Shown here piece by piece: positions 63,931 through 64,000 of a stretch of DNA of 64,000 nucleotides (positions are counted from its first letter, which is position 1; every line of letters starts with the position of its first letter). A model generated the notes under the pieces. The model was not told the origin of the DNA. It did not search any database and saw only the letters and a program-made list of their open reading frames with translations. The DNA is from Eledone cirrhosa (lineage: Eukaryota): the NCBI GenBank assembly GCA_964016885.1, contig OZ024743.1, positions 169,136,001 to 169,200,000 of the forward strand. The letters run 5' to 3'. The position numbers were made by a program, and so were the translations under genes.

Positions 63931-64000
63931 AGATGTATAGTGTATATATGCTAACGAAGGAGTTGTGGTAAGGAAACAAATAGACCATAACGCACCAGAG

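Overview
Eukaryotic, AT-rich, microsatellite-dense DNA made almost entirely of transposable elements. The tRNA-derived SINEs resemble those of octopod cephalopods (an inference from recalled repeats, not a database match). I found no intact host gene, rRNA, true tRNA or CRISPR array. The window holds two Ty3/Gypsy LTR retrotransposons: a 3' part at the window start, and a near full-length minus-strand copy with both LTRs, a 4-bp TSD and a tandemly duplicated gag. It also holds at least eight decayed Penelope-like elements (PLEs; RT + GIY-YIG) from two lineages, a CRE-type RLE non-LTR element, Tx1/L1, R4/Dong and RTE fragments, non-autonomous Helitrons, a hAT-type MITE and many SINEs. The signal the ORF track misses is a dense set of type I hammerhead ribozyme (HHR) motifs: about 17 with intact CTGANGA...GAAA...TH cores plus several variant or half copies, in about 10 sequence families, nearly all with a palindromic stem III. 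They occur as direct tandems (retrozyme-like, about 533- and 646-nt units) and repeatedly as outward-facing inverted pairs. The pairs bracket a whole PLE, a ~1.2-kb apparently non-coding core, a ~20-bp spacer, or nothing (a near-perfect 1.47-kb palindrome). All coordinates were read by eye and may be off by a few bases.
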